Source of the DNA: Pseudovirgaria hyperparasitica
Taxonomy: Eukaryota
Strand: one strand, 5' to 3'
Length of the DNA stretch: 64,000 nucleotides
NCBI GenBank assembly: GCA_010093815.1
Contig: ML996577.1
Below the pieces are notes generated by a model. It saw only the letters and a list, made by a program, of their open reading frames with translations, did not search any database and was not told the DNA's origin. The translations under genes and the position numbers were made by a program. Of this stretch, positions 23,098-36,800 are shown piece after piece (positions within the stretch are counted from its first letter, which is position 1; every line of letters starts with the position of its first letter).

Positions 23098-25288
23098 ATG
23101 TCTTCCTCGTCAGAAAACGAGAATCCTTCGCCGCTGCATACGAAGCCGGTCCTGCGCATGCCGTCGCCCCGCCGCAGGCCTCTCCATGACAGATCAAACT
23201 CTCGGAACAACGACTGGGCCGGACCAAGTATCCGCATGGTAGACGACCTGGATGTGACGACTTATGCGAAGACGCCATTTCCAAACCATCCCTCTCAAAT
23301 CTTAGCACCGCGCAGAGAGCCGCCTGGTTATGCGTTCGGGGACAGGGGCTCTGGCGGTGCTCGAGTTTCGGATGCTAGCTCGGCTACTAGGGTTCCATCA
23401 ACGGAAACGAGCAACCCCACGGAGGACTTGTATCCCAAACCACTACAGTTGCGCAAAGGCCAGCGGGGTTCTGGTTCGGTATCAAATTCAGATGTCGAGA
23501 GCGTCACGGATGCGTCGCCATGGACACCTGCTTCGTTCCGCTTGTCGCAAGACGTCAGTCCCCCGTCCACACCAGGCGTTGCACGAAATTCCCTATTACC
23601 ACCAGGCGGCTTAGACATCGTCAAGGAGGAGTCGCCGCCATTGCCACCGCAACAGGAACAGCAGCCTCTACAGACTCTACAGCCTCTGCAAGACCAGCCC
23701 ACGATACGCGCCGTTCACCCATCAAGCGCTGCTCCTTCACAACCACTCACCTCGGCGCAGTCAAAAGCCTCTCTCACTTCCTCCACCTCCACCGACACTC
23801 TTGTTCTTCACTACGGCATCGAAGAGCGCAGTAATTCCTCAAGTTCTGACCTTGCCTTTCCACGTCCACCTTCACCTGTTCGACAGGCCAAAACACCGAC
23901 ATATGCGCAACCACGTGTAGCGAAGCGGGCTTCATCTGCACTACCAGCCTCTCCTTCTCGACCGAAGATTAACCAATCATCCGACTCTCTGGCCTCTCTG
24001 GATTCAAACTCTTCGGAACGCCCTCGATCATCATCTGCGCCCGTCTGCGTGCCTCATGTTTCTTTCACTGCGGGAACAGAACGCCCGAGTGTTGTTCAGT
24101 ATCCGGTAGTCCGGGCACCGCAATCGAGCGGTTCTTGGGCGCAATCCTCTCAGGCTGTACCACGTCAGAAATCCAAGAAAGCCTCGCGAATGAGTGATCG
24201 GTTTTCGGGCCGGCCCTTGAACACGCAGCTCTCCAACAATCCTTCAGCGTCTGGACAAGCATCCCAATCATCGCAGACACGCCCGCAGTCGAATGTGAAA
24301 GTGCTGAGCTCAGTCCCGGAGCGCAAGCCTGTGCCTCGTAGCAGGGTTGTAGAGCAGCCATCGGCGGAGTCACTGACGGTGCCTCAACGGACACTTTCGA
24401 ATGTGCGACCGCACGACTGGAGGGATTCGGATGAGCATCATGATGTAGTCACGGAGCTTCAATCGCCGCCTCTCAGAAAGCAGCGTTCTGGCTACTTTAG
24501 CAGGTTCTCGTCCGAGTCACGGCCCAACTCATCACGTGGCAGCGGCTCCAGACCGAGCTCGTCATCGTCGGATGTTGCGCACTTTATCGCCAACACGATA
24601 CCTGCTTGGGCGAGATACTACTACCAGAGAGGTGAGCGAGGCGCCGACTTGGCCGTGGATGGTGACTGCCGAAGAGACTCGGTGCACAGCGAGGGCACCA
24701 GCGTCAGCAGCGAGCCCAACTACCGTGTATGGCGTCCACGCACCAGACCTCGGCCAGGTGATGAATCGACGGATTCTCTCGCCATCTCTGAAGCGCGCGT
24801 GGAGCAGGAGGCATATGTGCAGGGAGGACGTCGGCAGCCGATGAACGAGCCATGGGCACCTCGTCTTCGACGCGACAAACGGCCAATATCGCGCATCAGT
24901 GCGTGGCGAGCACCGTCGTTTGATGACGCGTTCAACTTTCTGTCCTGGTCGCAAGGCAATCGACAGGTGCTCTTGTTCTGTCTTGGCTTCTTCTTCCCCC
25001 CGTTATGGATCATGGCCTCGTTCCTCTACGTTCGACCGCCGGAATGCCACGAGAAAGATGCGACGCCGGGCCAGGTGGAGGCAGCAATGGCAGAGCACAT
25101 GGGGCAGATTGACGAGATCCGGTACCAGAAGGCGCGCTGGTGGCGGAACCTCAACCGCATCATGTCGGTCGTCGGCGTGGCTCTAATAGTAACAATCGTG
25201 AGTGTGAGGGCCTGAAAGTGAAAAGCAGTATCGTTTTGTTTAACAATTCGTACAGATTGTCCTTGCCATATTCGCATCGCGGGCTTGA
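23098..25288 (+). CDS. Serine/proline-rich fungal protein with C-terminal transmembrane helices; 2 exons
   Basis: Long ORF (likely ATG 23098 in ccgccATG context). C-terminal NRQVLLFCLGFFFPPLWIMASFL and ARWWRNLNRIMSVVGVALIVTI; intron 25198-25255 adds IVLAIFASRA*. Confidence 0.85.
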
Positions 25289-27918
25289 AATACGGGCACA
25301 AAATATTTGCAACATCAATGTACACGTCCCCAAACGGGTATCTACGATTTTCTTTTACACATAAGTTCAACGTCATCTACGAATTGTCGACATAACACTT
25401 CATGATGTCATGACGAGGCCCTACGCCACTACACTCATTGTTTTCACTATACACTTGGCCATCCACGCTTCACGATCGATTGCAAGGAGGATGCGGATGG
25501 GCTCTTTCTTGGATAAACTCTACCGCAACACTGCGACACCGCGACACGCCCTCTTCACTATCTCATCTGTCGACTATGGACAGACAGCATGTCTGATGAT
25601 GTACGCCACACTCTGCTTGCGTGTAATGTGAGCAGCAGATATGACAGCATCAGATGTTTCCTCTTTTGTCCTTTTTTATCATCATCATCCATTTTTTCCT
25701 CCTATTTTCACGCGCACCGAAACTCACGAAAGAACATATCCTGCTATTTAGCGACGTTTTTGGCTACAATTGATGGCATGGCATGAAGCATTGCATTTTT
25801 AGCGATTCCGAAAACGCCCCCCCCTTTTTTTGTTTTCCTTTTTCCTTGGTGGACGGCTTTTTTTCCAATATGTGGGCGAGGATTGGTAACGAAGGACTGT
25901 TTGTGTGGGTGTTCCAGTTTGGCAGCACCGCACATCAGACAGACGGACAGACGGACAAACAGCAAAGAAAGAAAGAGAGAAAACCTGTGGGCTCGCGGCG
26001 ATGCTCGGTGCGGGGATTGAATTTTGGCACACGGGCAGCGCGACGACCCTGGGAGGGGACTCGAAGAGCATTTGAAACTAAATACATATGTACTGTAAAC
26101 TACAAACGTTGTAATAAGAGCACGGCGGACGATGTACCCTCCTTCGGGACTGGACATCGGCATATCCGTAAATAGAAACACGACTTTTTCTTCTCTTCAC
26201 GGCGATCCCGTTCGTTCATCCGTCTTTTCTGGATATTCTGAAACAGAACCTAGCTAGCCGTCGTAGACAGTGCTGACGGTTGACCCGCTAAACTGATTAA
26301 TTAGTTAGCCAGGCGGGCATGTAGACGAGGCGAGAGAGGAAGGGGAAGAAGAAGAAGCGCTCGTTTTCGGCCGGTAGGTAAAAACGCGGCTGTGTGTGTG
26401 TGTGTGTGTGTGCTACTGTAATGATTCACCCAAATAGAAAATAAGAAGTGGGCCGTCTTTATCTGTCTTTGTCTGGTCTTTGTCCCATCAGGCCGTGCAT
26501 ATCCGCGCATGCATGAAGGAATCGAAGGGAGGGAGGATGTCAGCATTGCTTGGCGGGGCGAGGGATGGATTGGGCTTGGCGGTCTTGGCGGTCTTGGCGG
26601 TCTTGGCGGGACGGTTATAGGTACAGGACAGGGCTATCTTTACTGTTAGGTGTGATGGTGCCTGAGTGAGCTGAGGTCATGTCAGCCAGTGCCACTGGAT
26701 CGAGATGAGGGATGGACTGGAGGTTAACTGGTCTTCTGGATGTCTTCCCTTTGTGACTATATCTATTGATGGCCGAGCATACCAAGATCCATGGATGGCG
26801 TTTGAGTTGTGCCAAGCGGGCGACGAGAAAGTATGGCAGAGAGAGAGTGAATAACAATGGATACCAAGATATACCTGCCTCGACTAATGACCATGGTCTC
26901 CCCGTCGTACCCGCCATTTAACCCGTCACGAGGCAGGAACGGCAAAGATGGATGACGAAGCAGGCAACATGTCGCGTGCCGTCCATCTACCCCCTTTTTG
27001 CTGTAATCAGGGGGTTTGTTGATTCATAATTGGATAAGCAAGTCAGCATCTCTGAGTCGCGTGGTTTATAGATTATGCGCCTGCCTGCATACATACGCAT
27101 ACGTACATACGTACATACGTTCCTTGTCTTTATTGCCTTTCTCCCACATCGTTCAAGGGTGCCCTGCATGTCCCCACACACGAAAGTGAAGGGGAGGGGG
27201 GGGCGCTAATGCAACTCCACCAAACCCGTCTGTATGTGCACGGATAACGGGTGCCAAGTGCTTCAGGAAAACACCTAGTACTACGATGTTATGACGCAGC
27301 TCCGGGCAGCCAGCTGTTCGGTTGCGAGGGTAGGGCTGTGGAGACCGACCTGTTTGGCTGTGATTAATGAGGTGAAGCTGAATCTGAATCTGATGCTGAT
27401 GCTGACGCACCCCTTGTAGCACCAGCAGCGACGAAGTGCATTCCCCCATCAGCATCAGCATCCGCATCAGCATCCCAAAGCACTATCTCTGGCTTGCCCA
27501 TCCATTCTCATTCGCACACATTCCTGATCCCATGTCCCCTTCCCATTCCTCCAAGGTGACAAAGGAAGGGATCCACGCGGCCTGCTCGCTCCAATTTCTC
27601 CACTCTGCCTTCCCTGCCATATCTCATAAAACCCTCACCATGTCTCTCTCTCTTCCTCGCTCTCTCTCTCTGCTCCATCCTTGCTTGCTCCCTTTTTCTC
27701 TTTTCGAAATCCGCATCCCGGCTCTCTTATATCTTAGCTTTGCCGTCGTCTACTTTTTCTGTAATCAGGAATACATTTAACTTCTCTCTCTCTCCCTCCT
27801 ATTCATCTCCCCGTCGACAACGACCCCGTCAACAGGATACCTTAATCGTCTTCACCTCTGTTACAAACGAACATACTCAAACAGTACCCTTAACTTCTCT
27901 GTCCTCGGCTTCGTGGCC

Positions 27919-29159
27919 ATGAAGCTGCTGCAATGCCTCTCCGTGCTGGCTTCCTCTGCCTTGCTGGCTCGTTCCGTCTTGGCCTCGCCGGCAGCTTCAC
28001 CTCGACTGCCAGATACAAAAAATACACAAGCTACCGCATCGAAGCGTGAGGAGAATCAGGAAAATGAAAAAAAGGAGGACAAGCCGTCTGATCCGAGATA
28101 CTTTCGTATGCATCCCTGCTCTGCTGCCCCGTTCCGTTCTTACAGAACTAGTGCTAATTCCTGATCCCTAGATGAGCCGGGGTATGCCAGCACTGTTTCC
28201 CCCCCTCAGTATCTCTGCGCCACCTACAGCAGCAGCAGCCAGCCCAGCTAGCTAACGTTTGTCTTCTTTTAGTGGTAACATGTATCTGAACCATTACGAC
28301 GTGCGTTACTTCAAGACGCAGCAGGAATACGATGATCGCGTTCAATCCCTACAGCATATGATGCGCTCATACCTCATCTTCTTCCACGAAAAGAATCTAG
28401 AGACCTGGATAGCCCATGGCTCGCTCCTCGGCTGGTGGTGGAATGGCAAGGTCTGCCTCACATGAAGCATTCTCACAGCCCCGTACTGACCTCATCTCCC
28501 AGATGCTGCCGTGGGACTGGGACATCGACACCCAGGTGCCCGACCAAACCCTCTACTACCTCGGCGAGAACTACAACCAAACCACATACCAGTACCGAGC
28601 CGCCGGCGAGGCCAAGATCCGCAACTACCTCATCGACGTCAACCCACACTTCCGCGAGCGCGAACACGGCGACGGCGCAAACTTCATCGACGCCCGCTGG
28701 ATCGACATGGACAACGGCCTCTACATCGACATCACCGGGCTGTCCGAGCTGGACCCCGCGACCAAGCCCGGCGTCTGGTCCTGCAAGAACTTTCACGATT
28801 ATCGCACCGCGGACATTTATCCGCTGCGTGACACCTTTTTCGAGGGTGTGCCGGCTCGGATTCCGTATGCGTATGACAAGGTGCTCTTGGATGAGTATCA
28901 CGAGAAGGCGCTTGTGGTGACGGACTTTGAGGGGTGAGGATTATATGCCTGTAGACAGTGTATTGCGTCGAGCTGACTGTCTTCTTCTAGTCATCGCTGG
29001 GATGCCACGCGACGGGAATGGCTCAGAGTCCAGGACCAAGCCGTCACACCACGCCACGACGGTCCCCATCTCGGGTCCAAGGCCTTGCGCCGACGCGCAG
29101 CGCCCGAGCAGCAGCAGCAGCAGCAGCAGCAGCACTCGCCCGCAGAGAAAGCAACCTGA
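27919..29159 (+). CDS. LicD-family / Mnn4-like mannosylphosphate transferase; multi-exon, with a 10-nt microexon at 28172-28181
   Basis: Signal peptide MKLLQCLSVLASSALLARSVLA. Spliced motifs RYFHEPGG, HYDVRYF, TWIAHGSLLGWWWNGK, MLPWDWDIDTQV, IDARWID..NGLYIDITG, CKN.H.Y, PLRDTFFEG, L..EY. The 3' end is uncertain (see findings). Confidence 0.88.
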
Positions 29160-30250
29160 ACACACCGTCTACTAGCAGTCTTCCACTAACACTCGCGCTA
29201 CAGTTCCCCGCCCGCCAACCTACTCCCAGCCCTACCCGGCGGACGGCCCAAGACAGACGTACAGACAGAGTGGTGGATCACAGTCGCGCAGGAGTGCTTC
29301 ATCATCATCAACGTCTTCTTCATCGGCATCTACTACGGCAGCCGGCTCCCCTTTGCCATCCACATGTTTCCCTGCATCTCCAGGAAGATGCGCAATCGCT
29401 GGCAGCGATGGCTGAAGAAGACGGTTGGTGCGGCGGGGAATTGGGCTACGGATCTGCTGATTGGGCGTGAGGCTGGGCCGGAGGCGGAGGAGACACGGGA
29501 GCGTGTGTCGGATCATGGTGATGTGGAGACGGGAGCTGCGCGTCGCGATGGACTTGAGGAGATTCCCTGTGCTCCAATGCGGCCGGCTTCGCGAAGCTCG
29601 GCAGATGCGGTCCTGTCGAATCCTGATGCTGTCGACGACAAAGGCCTGCCAAAGGTGGATGGTCCGTCAGACTGCTACTATGAATACGGCTTCCGCGACT
29701 TGAGCGACGGCAACGGGGGCGTGATTCGGCATGAGCCAAAGCAGCGTCGCGAGACGCTTTGGAGATATGGCAAGTAGACAGTAGCCAGGCGGCGCAAGCC
29801 TGGGCTGTCGATCTGTCATTCTCTGTTCTGGCCTGTCGTGTGTCTTTCTTGTCTTGTGTGTCACTTTTTTGTTTTTGGTGGTATCAGTCTTGTGTTTTTT
29901 GGGGGGTTTTTGGTTTTGGGTTTGGGTATGGAAAAGGGTCTTGGATTAAGCGGGTGTTTTTGGATAGATGGGAGTAGGAAGGAGGAAGGAGGAAGATGGA
30001 AGGAAGAAGGAAGAAGGAAGAAGAAGGGGAAGAAAAAGAAGAAGAAAAGGAGGACGAAGAGGAAGAAGGTGAATAATATGCTTTTTTGCTTCGCTTTTGA
30101 CCTTTGAGGGGTCTTGTGCTGTGCTGTGTTGTCTTGGTGGTTGTGCGTGCTTTGTTTACTGGGGTTGGGGATTGGGGGTGCAGGGTTGGAGTGCTTTGGA
30201 TTATTGATCAATGTGTCTTGAGAGCGGGCGGGTCGGACTGTTTTGGTGGC

Positions 30251-30487
30251 GTTGGATTGATGTGGTGGTGTTGGATTGATGTGGTGGTGTTGGATTGATG
30301 TGGTGGTGTTGGATTGATGTGGTGGTGTTGGATTGATGTGGTGGTNNNNNNNNNNNNNNNNNNNNNNNNNNNNNNNNNNNNNNNNNNNNNTGGTGTTGGA
30401 TTGATGTGGTGGTGTTGGATTGATGTGGTGGTGTTGGATTGATGTGGTGGTGTTGGATTGATGTGGTGGTGTTGGATTGATGTGGCG
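30251..30487. repeat. 19-bp tandem repeat (GTTGGATTGATGTGGTGGT)n interrupted by a 45-N assembly gap (30346-30390)
   Basis: Near-identical units are visible on both sides of the N run. Confidence 0.95.
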
Positions 30488-30671
30488 GTCTTGGGGTTTA
30501 ATAGGTTTAATAGTGGTTGCTCAAGGAGTACTTGGTGATGTTTGATGCCTTGCCTGCCACCCTGAAGTGTATTCATATGTGGAAAAGTTCGTTTCACGTT
30601 GCCACGAGAAGTTTACGCTAACCTGTCCTCTCTCCTTTACTTAGCTCCGACTCGACTCCGGACTCGTCTCA

Positions 30672-30940
30672 CGGACAGATGGATGGACAGGGGATGGACA
30701 GATTGATGGACAGATGGATGGACAGATGGATGGACAGGGGATGGACAGATTGATGGACAGATGGATGGACAGATGGATGATGGATGGATGGACAGATGGA
30801 TGATGGATGAGGTAGATCTTACTTACCTATGTCTACCCATCTGCCCTGATGACTAGACGGGACGGACGGAACAGACAGAACAGACAGAACAGACAGAACA
30901 GACAGAACAGACAGAATAGACAGAACAGACAGAACAGACA
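30672..30940. repeat. Compound minisatellite: GGACAGATGGAT-like units followed by (ACAGACAGA)n
   Basis: Direct inspection; produces the spurious RQN-repeat ORF 30849-31034. Confidence 0.9.
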
Positions 30941-31622
30941 ATGCCCATCCTCTTTTATACTATACTATACTATACAAATACAATCCCATACAATCCATAC
31001 CGATACCCATAAACCCTCAAACAGTCCTATGTAACCTATCCAATACCAATATCAACAAGTTATCAAAAAGAGCGGGTTTTTTTCTTGTCTTGAAACGACA
31101 GTACGAGACGGACGGACGGACGAGTGAAAAGGGAAAGGGGGAAGGAGGAAGGAGAGGAATAGAAAGGGACAGATGGAAGAAAGGGACAGAAAGAAGTAAG
31201 GGACAGAAAGAAGAAAGGGACAGAAAGAAGAAAGGGACAGAAAGAAAGGAGAGTAGAGGGCAAGGGGGAGAGAGTACAAAGTGCTGCCCGACTTGTGTGT
31301 CTGATATCTATCGTTTTCGAATTTTGAGGATAAGCACAGGATTGGGGATTACGGATAATCCTCATCACTCACGACGAGCGCAGTGAATCGTGGGAAGTAC
31401 TGATGCCTACAGAAGGGGGGCTATAGAGCCAAGGGGCTGGCATGGGGGAGGTAGGTGATAGTAGTAGTACATATATATTTACAAGCTAACAACCAATCTA
31501 CACAAAGAGTGGATGGATGGATGAAAGGATGGATGGATGAAGCCCCAGTAGTCGACCACAATCAGTTCACCTCCCGATCGATCCCTACCAACTCAACTCA
31601 ACTACCTAGCAGAAGAAACAGG

Positions 31623-33511
31623 TCACTTCTTCTCCACCGCAGCCCCAGCCTGCTGCTGCTTCGCCTGCTCCTCCTTCGGCGCCAAGCCAAGCAGACTCTT
31701 AACGCTAAAGCTCTGCTTCATCCCCTTGACAAAATCCTCCTGCATCGCCTTCTCCATCTCCTCAAGCTCCTTGGTCCACTTCTCGCTATTCTCCCGAATC
31801 TCCTTCTCCATCAGCTCGTACTGGCGCTGGCCGCGCTCGCGCGCCTGGTCGCTCAGCATCTTGCCCTGGCGCGCGCCCTCGGCGAGCGACTGGCCGTCTT
31901 CGTACTGCAGGCCGCCGGCACCACCCTGTTGCGGCTTCATGCCGAGCGCGCCCGCGACCCAGGACGAGGCGGAGCGTTTCGGTTTCTTGGCGTTTTCGGC
32001 GGCGAGTTGCTTGTTGAAAGCCTCGCGCTGGATGGCTTCGCGGCGGGCGAATTCGGTGGGGATGTCGGTGCCTTCAAAGGACTTGATTGCGGCGCGGACG
32101 TCGGGGATGCCCATTGCGGCGAGGTATTCGAGGAAGGGGATTAGGTTGACGAGGCCTTTGTCTTGCGCTTTGCCTTCCCAGGGCGGGAGGATAATGGCGT
32201 TGTTTGGCTGCAGTTTTGCGTGGTCCTTTTTGGTGTCGATCAGGATTACTTTCGAGGGGTCGCGGTTTAGGTATGAGAGGTCCTGGTGGTTATTTGATTA
32301 GCATTTCACTCATTCAGCGGATCCTTAATACTGGTTCCCCTGGTCGGACAGACCTTGATGTATTCGCCATTCTCGTAGCGTGTGCCCTCGCGGTACAGCG
32401 GCCAGGCGATTGCGAGACGCAGTGGGTCAAGCTTCGCCACAATGGGCTCTGCGGAGGTGCGCGGTAGGCTGGTGAAGACGACAATCTCGTAGTACTGGCA
32501 GAGGTATCGCAAAAAGTAGTCCAGACCGGGCCGTTTCGCCGTGCGCCAGCCGTGCTCGCGGCTCCACTCGCTGTGGATCAGTAAGTCCTCCAGACTCAAG
32601 ACCAGCGTGTACGGTGGAGCGGGATCTAGGTCGGGGAGAAGCTTGGGGAACGTCGGTTCGGTGTAGTAGCTCATCTGGTTTGACCAGCGGGCGTTGATGC
32701 GCTTCCAGAACAGGCTAAAGTCCCAGCCTGAAGGAGCCTCTGGGTGTAGCTTGGCCTCCTCTTCTGTGTCCCAGTCTCGCCCATAGTACACGGCGCCTCC
32801 TATACCTAGTAAGGCCGCTGCCACTGCAGAGTAGTTTGCCGTCCTGTTTCTTCTCCGGTCGGTAGAGGTCTCGTATGCAGATTTCGGAAGCTCAGCACCA
32901 CCGCGGCCGCCGCTTCCAGGTGGTGGTGCAGGGTTTTCAGGGTCTTCAGTAACATTAGGTCCACTGTGTTCAACATCGAGCTCAGCACGAGCATTTGCTT
33001 GCGCTCCAAATTCCTTTGCGAACGTTGATGGGATGCCGTGTCGAAGGTCTGGAAGTGGCCCAGTATTACTTGCATGCTCTTGGACGGGCTCTTTGACAGA
33101 TTCAGCGTCAGGCTCATTGGCCTTTGCCGACTTGGGTCCCCCAAATTCCGCTTGCTTTTCCGAGAGCTCTGCCGCTGGTGTGGGTTTGCTCTTGCGCGAG
33201 TACTGTGGAGGACTCGGCGGGTTCAGGTTTCGCTTCATCATCGGTCGGGCATAGCGTATCGATGCATTGTTTCCTGTTTCCTCGTGTAATCGCAAGGCTG
33301 GAAGAGAGCTCATGCCCTGTCGGAGCTGAATGACATTGCGACCGCTCTCAATTTCGTACGCTTGCCGATACTCTTTCATAAGCTGTGCTCTACGCGCATT
33401 CTTTGATCTGGACAGCCCTGATGCCGCAGACTGGCTATAGTATCGAAGGGGTGTCGTGGGAGAGGACTGCGGCCCCGACCGAATTGCGTGAGCGGCCGAC
33501 CTGGAAAGCAT
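31623..33511 (-). CDS. TIM50: Mitochondrial inner membrane translocase subunit Tim50; 2 exons
   Basis: Presequence [12 protein letters not shown], a TM segment, then [45 protein letters not shown]. After intron ~32284-32352: [17 protein letters not shown]. Confidence 0.95.
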
Positions 33512-33861
33512 TACAGGCGATTATATCATGGAAGAGCCCAGCAAGTAAGAGTCCAGCGAGCTATCGAGCCAGCATAAGGTGAAGAAGAACGAATGGCTGT
33601 GGGATGAGGTGGTGTTGGAGATGGAAGCTCTGGGCAAAAAAACCCACGGTATCGCGTCAGGATTCTGCCGATCAAGAAGGACGCTAAGGACAGCCATTAC
33701 CGTCGCATCTAACGGACACCTGTTTCCAAGGGAATGCCAGACACGCGACACTTCCTGTCCCCCTCGGCGCAATGCCTTTCTGATCCTTTACATGTCCGTC
33801 TCGATTGACAGATACGAATCACCCAGTCGCCCATGCCGTCGCCTGTGATCCGGGGTCGGGA

Positions 33862-36800
33862 ATGCTATTCTTTTGGTGGCCATCTTCGGCCGACCTAGAT
33901 CGGACTGCAAAGTCCTTTTCGATGACATGGACTTTACTCTACTGGTCACTACTACACATATGTTGCTCTTTGTGCATGAGCGATGATGTGGTTTCTGATC
34001 TACGGTCAGCAAGTTCGCGACCTGCTTGAGCATGCTTACTGACTGGGAGCAGACAGGAGACACGAGCCATCTTCTACCATGGCTACGACAATTACATGAG
34101 ATATGCCTTTCCCGAAGACGAACTGCGCCCGCTGAGCTGCAGTCCGCTTGTCCGCGATCGCGCGAATCCAGCGCACATAGAAGTCAACGACGTTCTCGGA
34201 AACTACTCCCTCACCCTTATCGACAGTCTATCCACCCTCGCCATTCTCGCGTCATCCCCACCCCCGGGACAGAAGCACAACAAGGCATTGCAAGACTTCC
34301 AAGATGGCGTCGTGCTCATTGTTGAAAACTACGGCGATGGGACGAACACATCCTCTGGAGTGGGGAAGCGATCGCGTGGTTTCGAGCTTGATAGCAAAGT
34401 CCAAATCTTTGAGACTGTCATCCGTGGGCTGGGTGGACTTTTGAGCGCACATCAATTCGCGGTCGGAGACTTGCCAATCCGAGGGTATGATGCCGGTGTT
34501 CAAGACCACGAGGGCACGAGGGGTATACGTTGGAACAAAGGCTTCGTTTATGACGGCCAGCTGCTCCGTCTTGCGCACGATCTAGGACGTCGACTTCTAC
34601 CTGCCTTCTCTACGCCCACGGGGATCCCATACCCCAGAGTGAATCTCAAGCACGGAGTACCATTCTACCTGAACTCTCCCCTCAACAACGCCGCAGAGTT
34701 TGGTCAGTGCGAAAAGGGGGCCCCTGAATCTCCAGAAATCACCGAAACATGTAGCGCTGGCGCAGGCAGCCTGGTTCTAGAGCTCACGACTCTGAGTAGG
34801 CTGACAGGAGATTGGAGGTTCGAGATTGCTGGAAAGCGAGCTTTCTGGGCCGTCTGGGAGCGCAGAAGTAGCTCTGGCTTGATCGGTTCTGGAATCGATG
34901 CCGAAACAGGCCGTTGGATGTCTCCTTATACGGGAGTAGGAGCTGGCATAGATTCCTTCTTTGAGTATGCCTTCAAGTCATACATTTTCCTTTCCGGTGT
35001 GGACTTTGAGCCGAATGGGACTGTTGACTCGTCCGCCGCATTCCTCCATACCTGGCAAGATGCCCATCAAAGTATCAAGCGACACGTCTATCGAGGGGCT
35101 GCCTTTCAACACCCCCACTATGCGCAAGTGGACTTGTACACCGGCGCACTACGCGCATACTGGATTGACAGCCTCAGCGCTTATTACCCCGGGCTTCTGG
35201 CCCTGGCCGGAGAATTGGACGAGGCTATTGAAACACACCTCTTGTATACAGCCTTGTGGACAAGATTTTCAGCGATTCCCGAACGATGGTCTACTTCTTC
35301 TGGCAACATCGAGGCAGGCTTGAGATGGTGGGGAGGTCGTCCTGAATTCATCGAGTCGACATGGTACCTGTATCGCGCCACTCAGGACCCATTTTACCTC
35401 CACGTTGCTGAGATGACACTCCGCGATATTAAGCGAAGATGCTGGACGAGGTGTGGCTGGGCAGGTCTACAGGATGTTCGGACGGGAGAATTGAGCGACA
35501 GGATGGAGAGCTTCTTTCTCGGTGAGACAGCCAAGTACTTGTTCCTGCTGTTTGACAAGACCCATCCTCTGAATACGTGGGATGCGCCGTTTGTGTTCAC
35601 TACGGAAGGCCATCCACTCATTATACCCAAAGAGCAGAGGAGGATGTCAAAGTTTCGAGCAAAAGCTGCAATGACAGAAGACGTTGAAATGGCTCTCGCA
35701 GAAGAGACGTGCCCTCTGCCACCTCCGGTGCAGCCTTTCAGTCTTTCAGCAGCGGCAGCTCGGCCGGATCTCTTCCATGCTGCGAGCCTTGCAAGGCTTC
35801 ATCTAATGCCTAGCATCGAGACAGTCGACTCGCCTCTTGTCGAGTTCTCATCGGATCATCCCAGCATATCCGTGTCTGACCTTCATTCCCCTTCAAATTA
35901 CTCTTACTATCCGTGGACTTTACCCATGGAACTGGTCCCTTGGAACGCCACAAGCTCCCGGATGGCCACCCGCTCAACATTTGATCTGGCATTTCCAAAC
36001 ATGCTCAACACCGCGTTGACTGTACAGCCACTGCAAAAGGTTGTGAATGGCTATCTGGTCCGATCTCTGAGCGGAGTGCGTCTTGGTATGGTTCGCGAGG
36101 GAGGCGTGCACGGCACTTCATTCGACATGCCAGAGGCATTTCGCATCTACACGGTCTCCAACTTTCTGCTTGGCCGAGATGAGCAGGTATTCGTGGAGAG
36201 GGACGCAGTGAGCAGCTTTGACCCCGCTGATGCGCACTTTACGAAACTTCGAGATTCCGTGAATCTTGACGTAATAATAGATATAAAAACACCACAGCAA
36301 CGCGACCCAGAGCCTTCCGCCGAGGCCGAAGTCGACGGCCCAAACGATAACCTGACCGACTCGATCTTGTTCGACGAATCAGGCCTCCTATCAGAGCTCG
36401 ACATCGACCTTGAGAATGCGGACGTCGATGGCCCGTCCCTACTCAGCAGTCTGCTCACCAACATCCAAAACCTCCTCGCATCGTCCACTTCCCGGCCTCA
36501 GTCAACCACCAAAGCTCGCGCGCCAGACACCACGCGTTCAGCTCTCATCGCAGCCATGCCAACAGGACCCGGGGCCGCCCCGCTCCCGGACGTCCCGGAC
36601 ATTGACTACGTGTACCGAAAAGACCGCCTCCCTCCCTGGCGCACGATATACCTCGCCGACAACCTATGCACGACGAAACTCTCCCGCTCCGTCCCGCGCA
36701 CCCACCAAGTCCTCGTCATCCGCCGCGGCGGCTGTAGCTTCAGCCAGAAGCTGCAGAACATACCCGCGTATGCGCCGTCCCCCTCCTCGCTCCAGCTGGT

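Noticed and set aside
30251..30487. Regular 19-bp repeats resembling a CRISPR array
   Set aside because: The units are head-to-tail with no unique spacers, there are no cas genes, and the context is eukaryotic.
31455..32301. 229-aa and 191-aa plus-strand ORFs
   Set aside because: Antisense shadows of the TIM50 3' exon.
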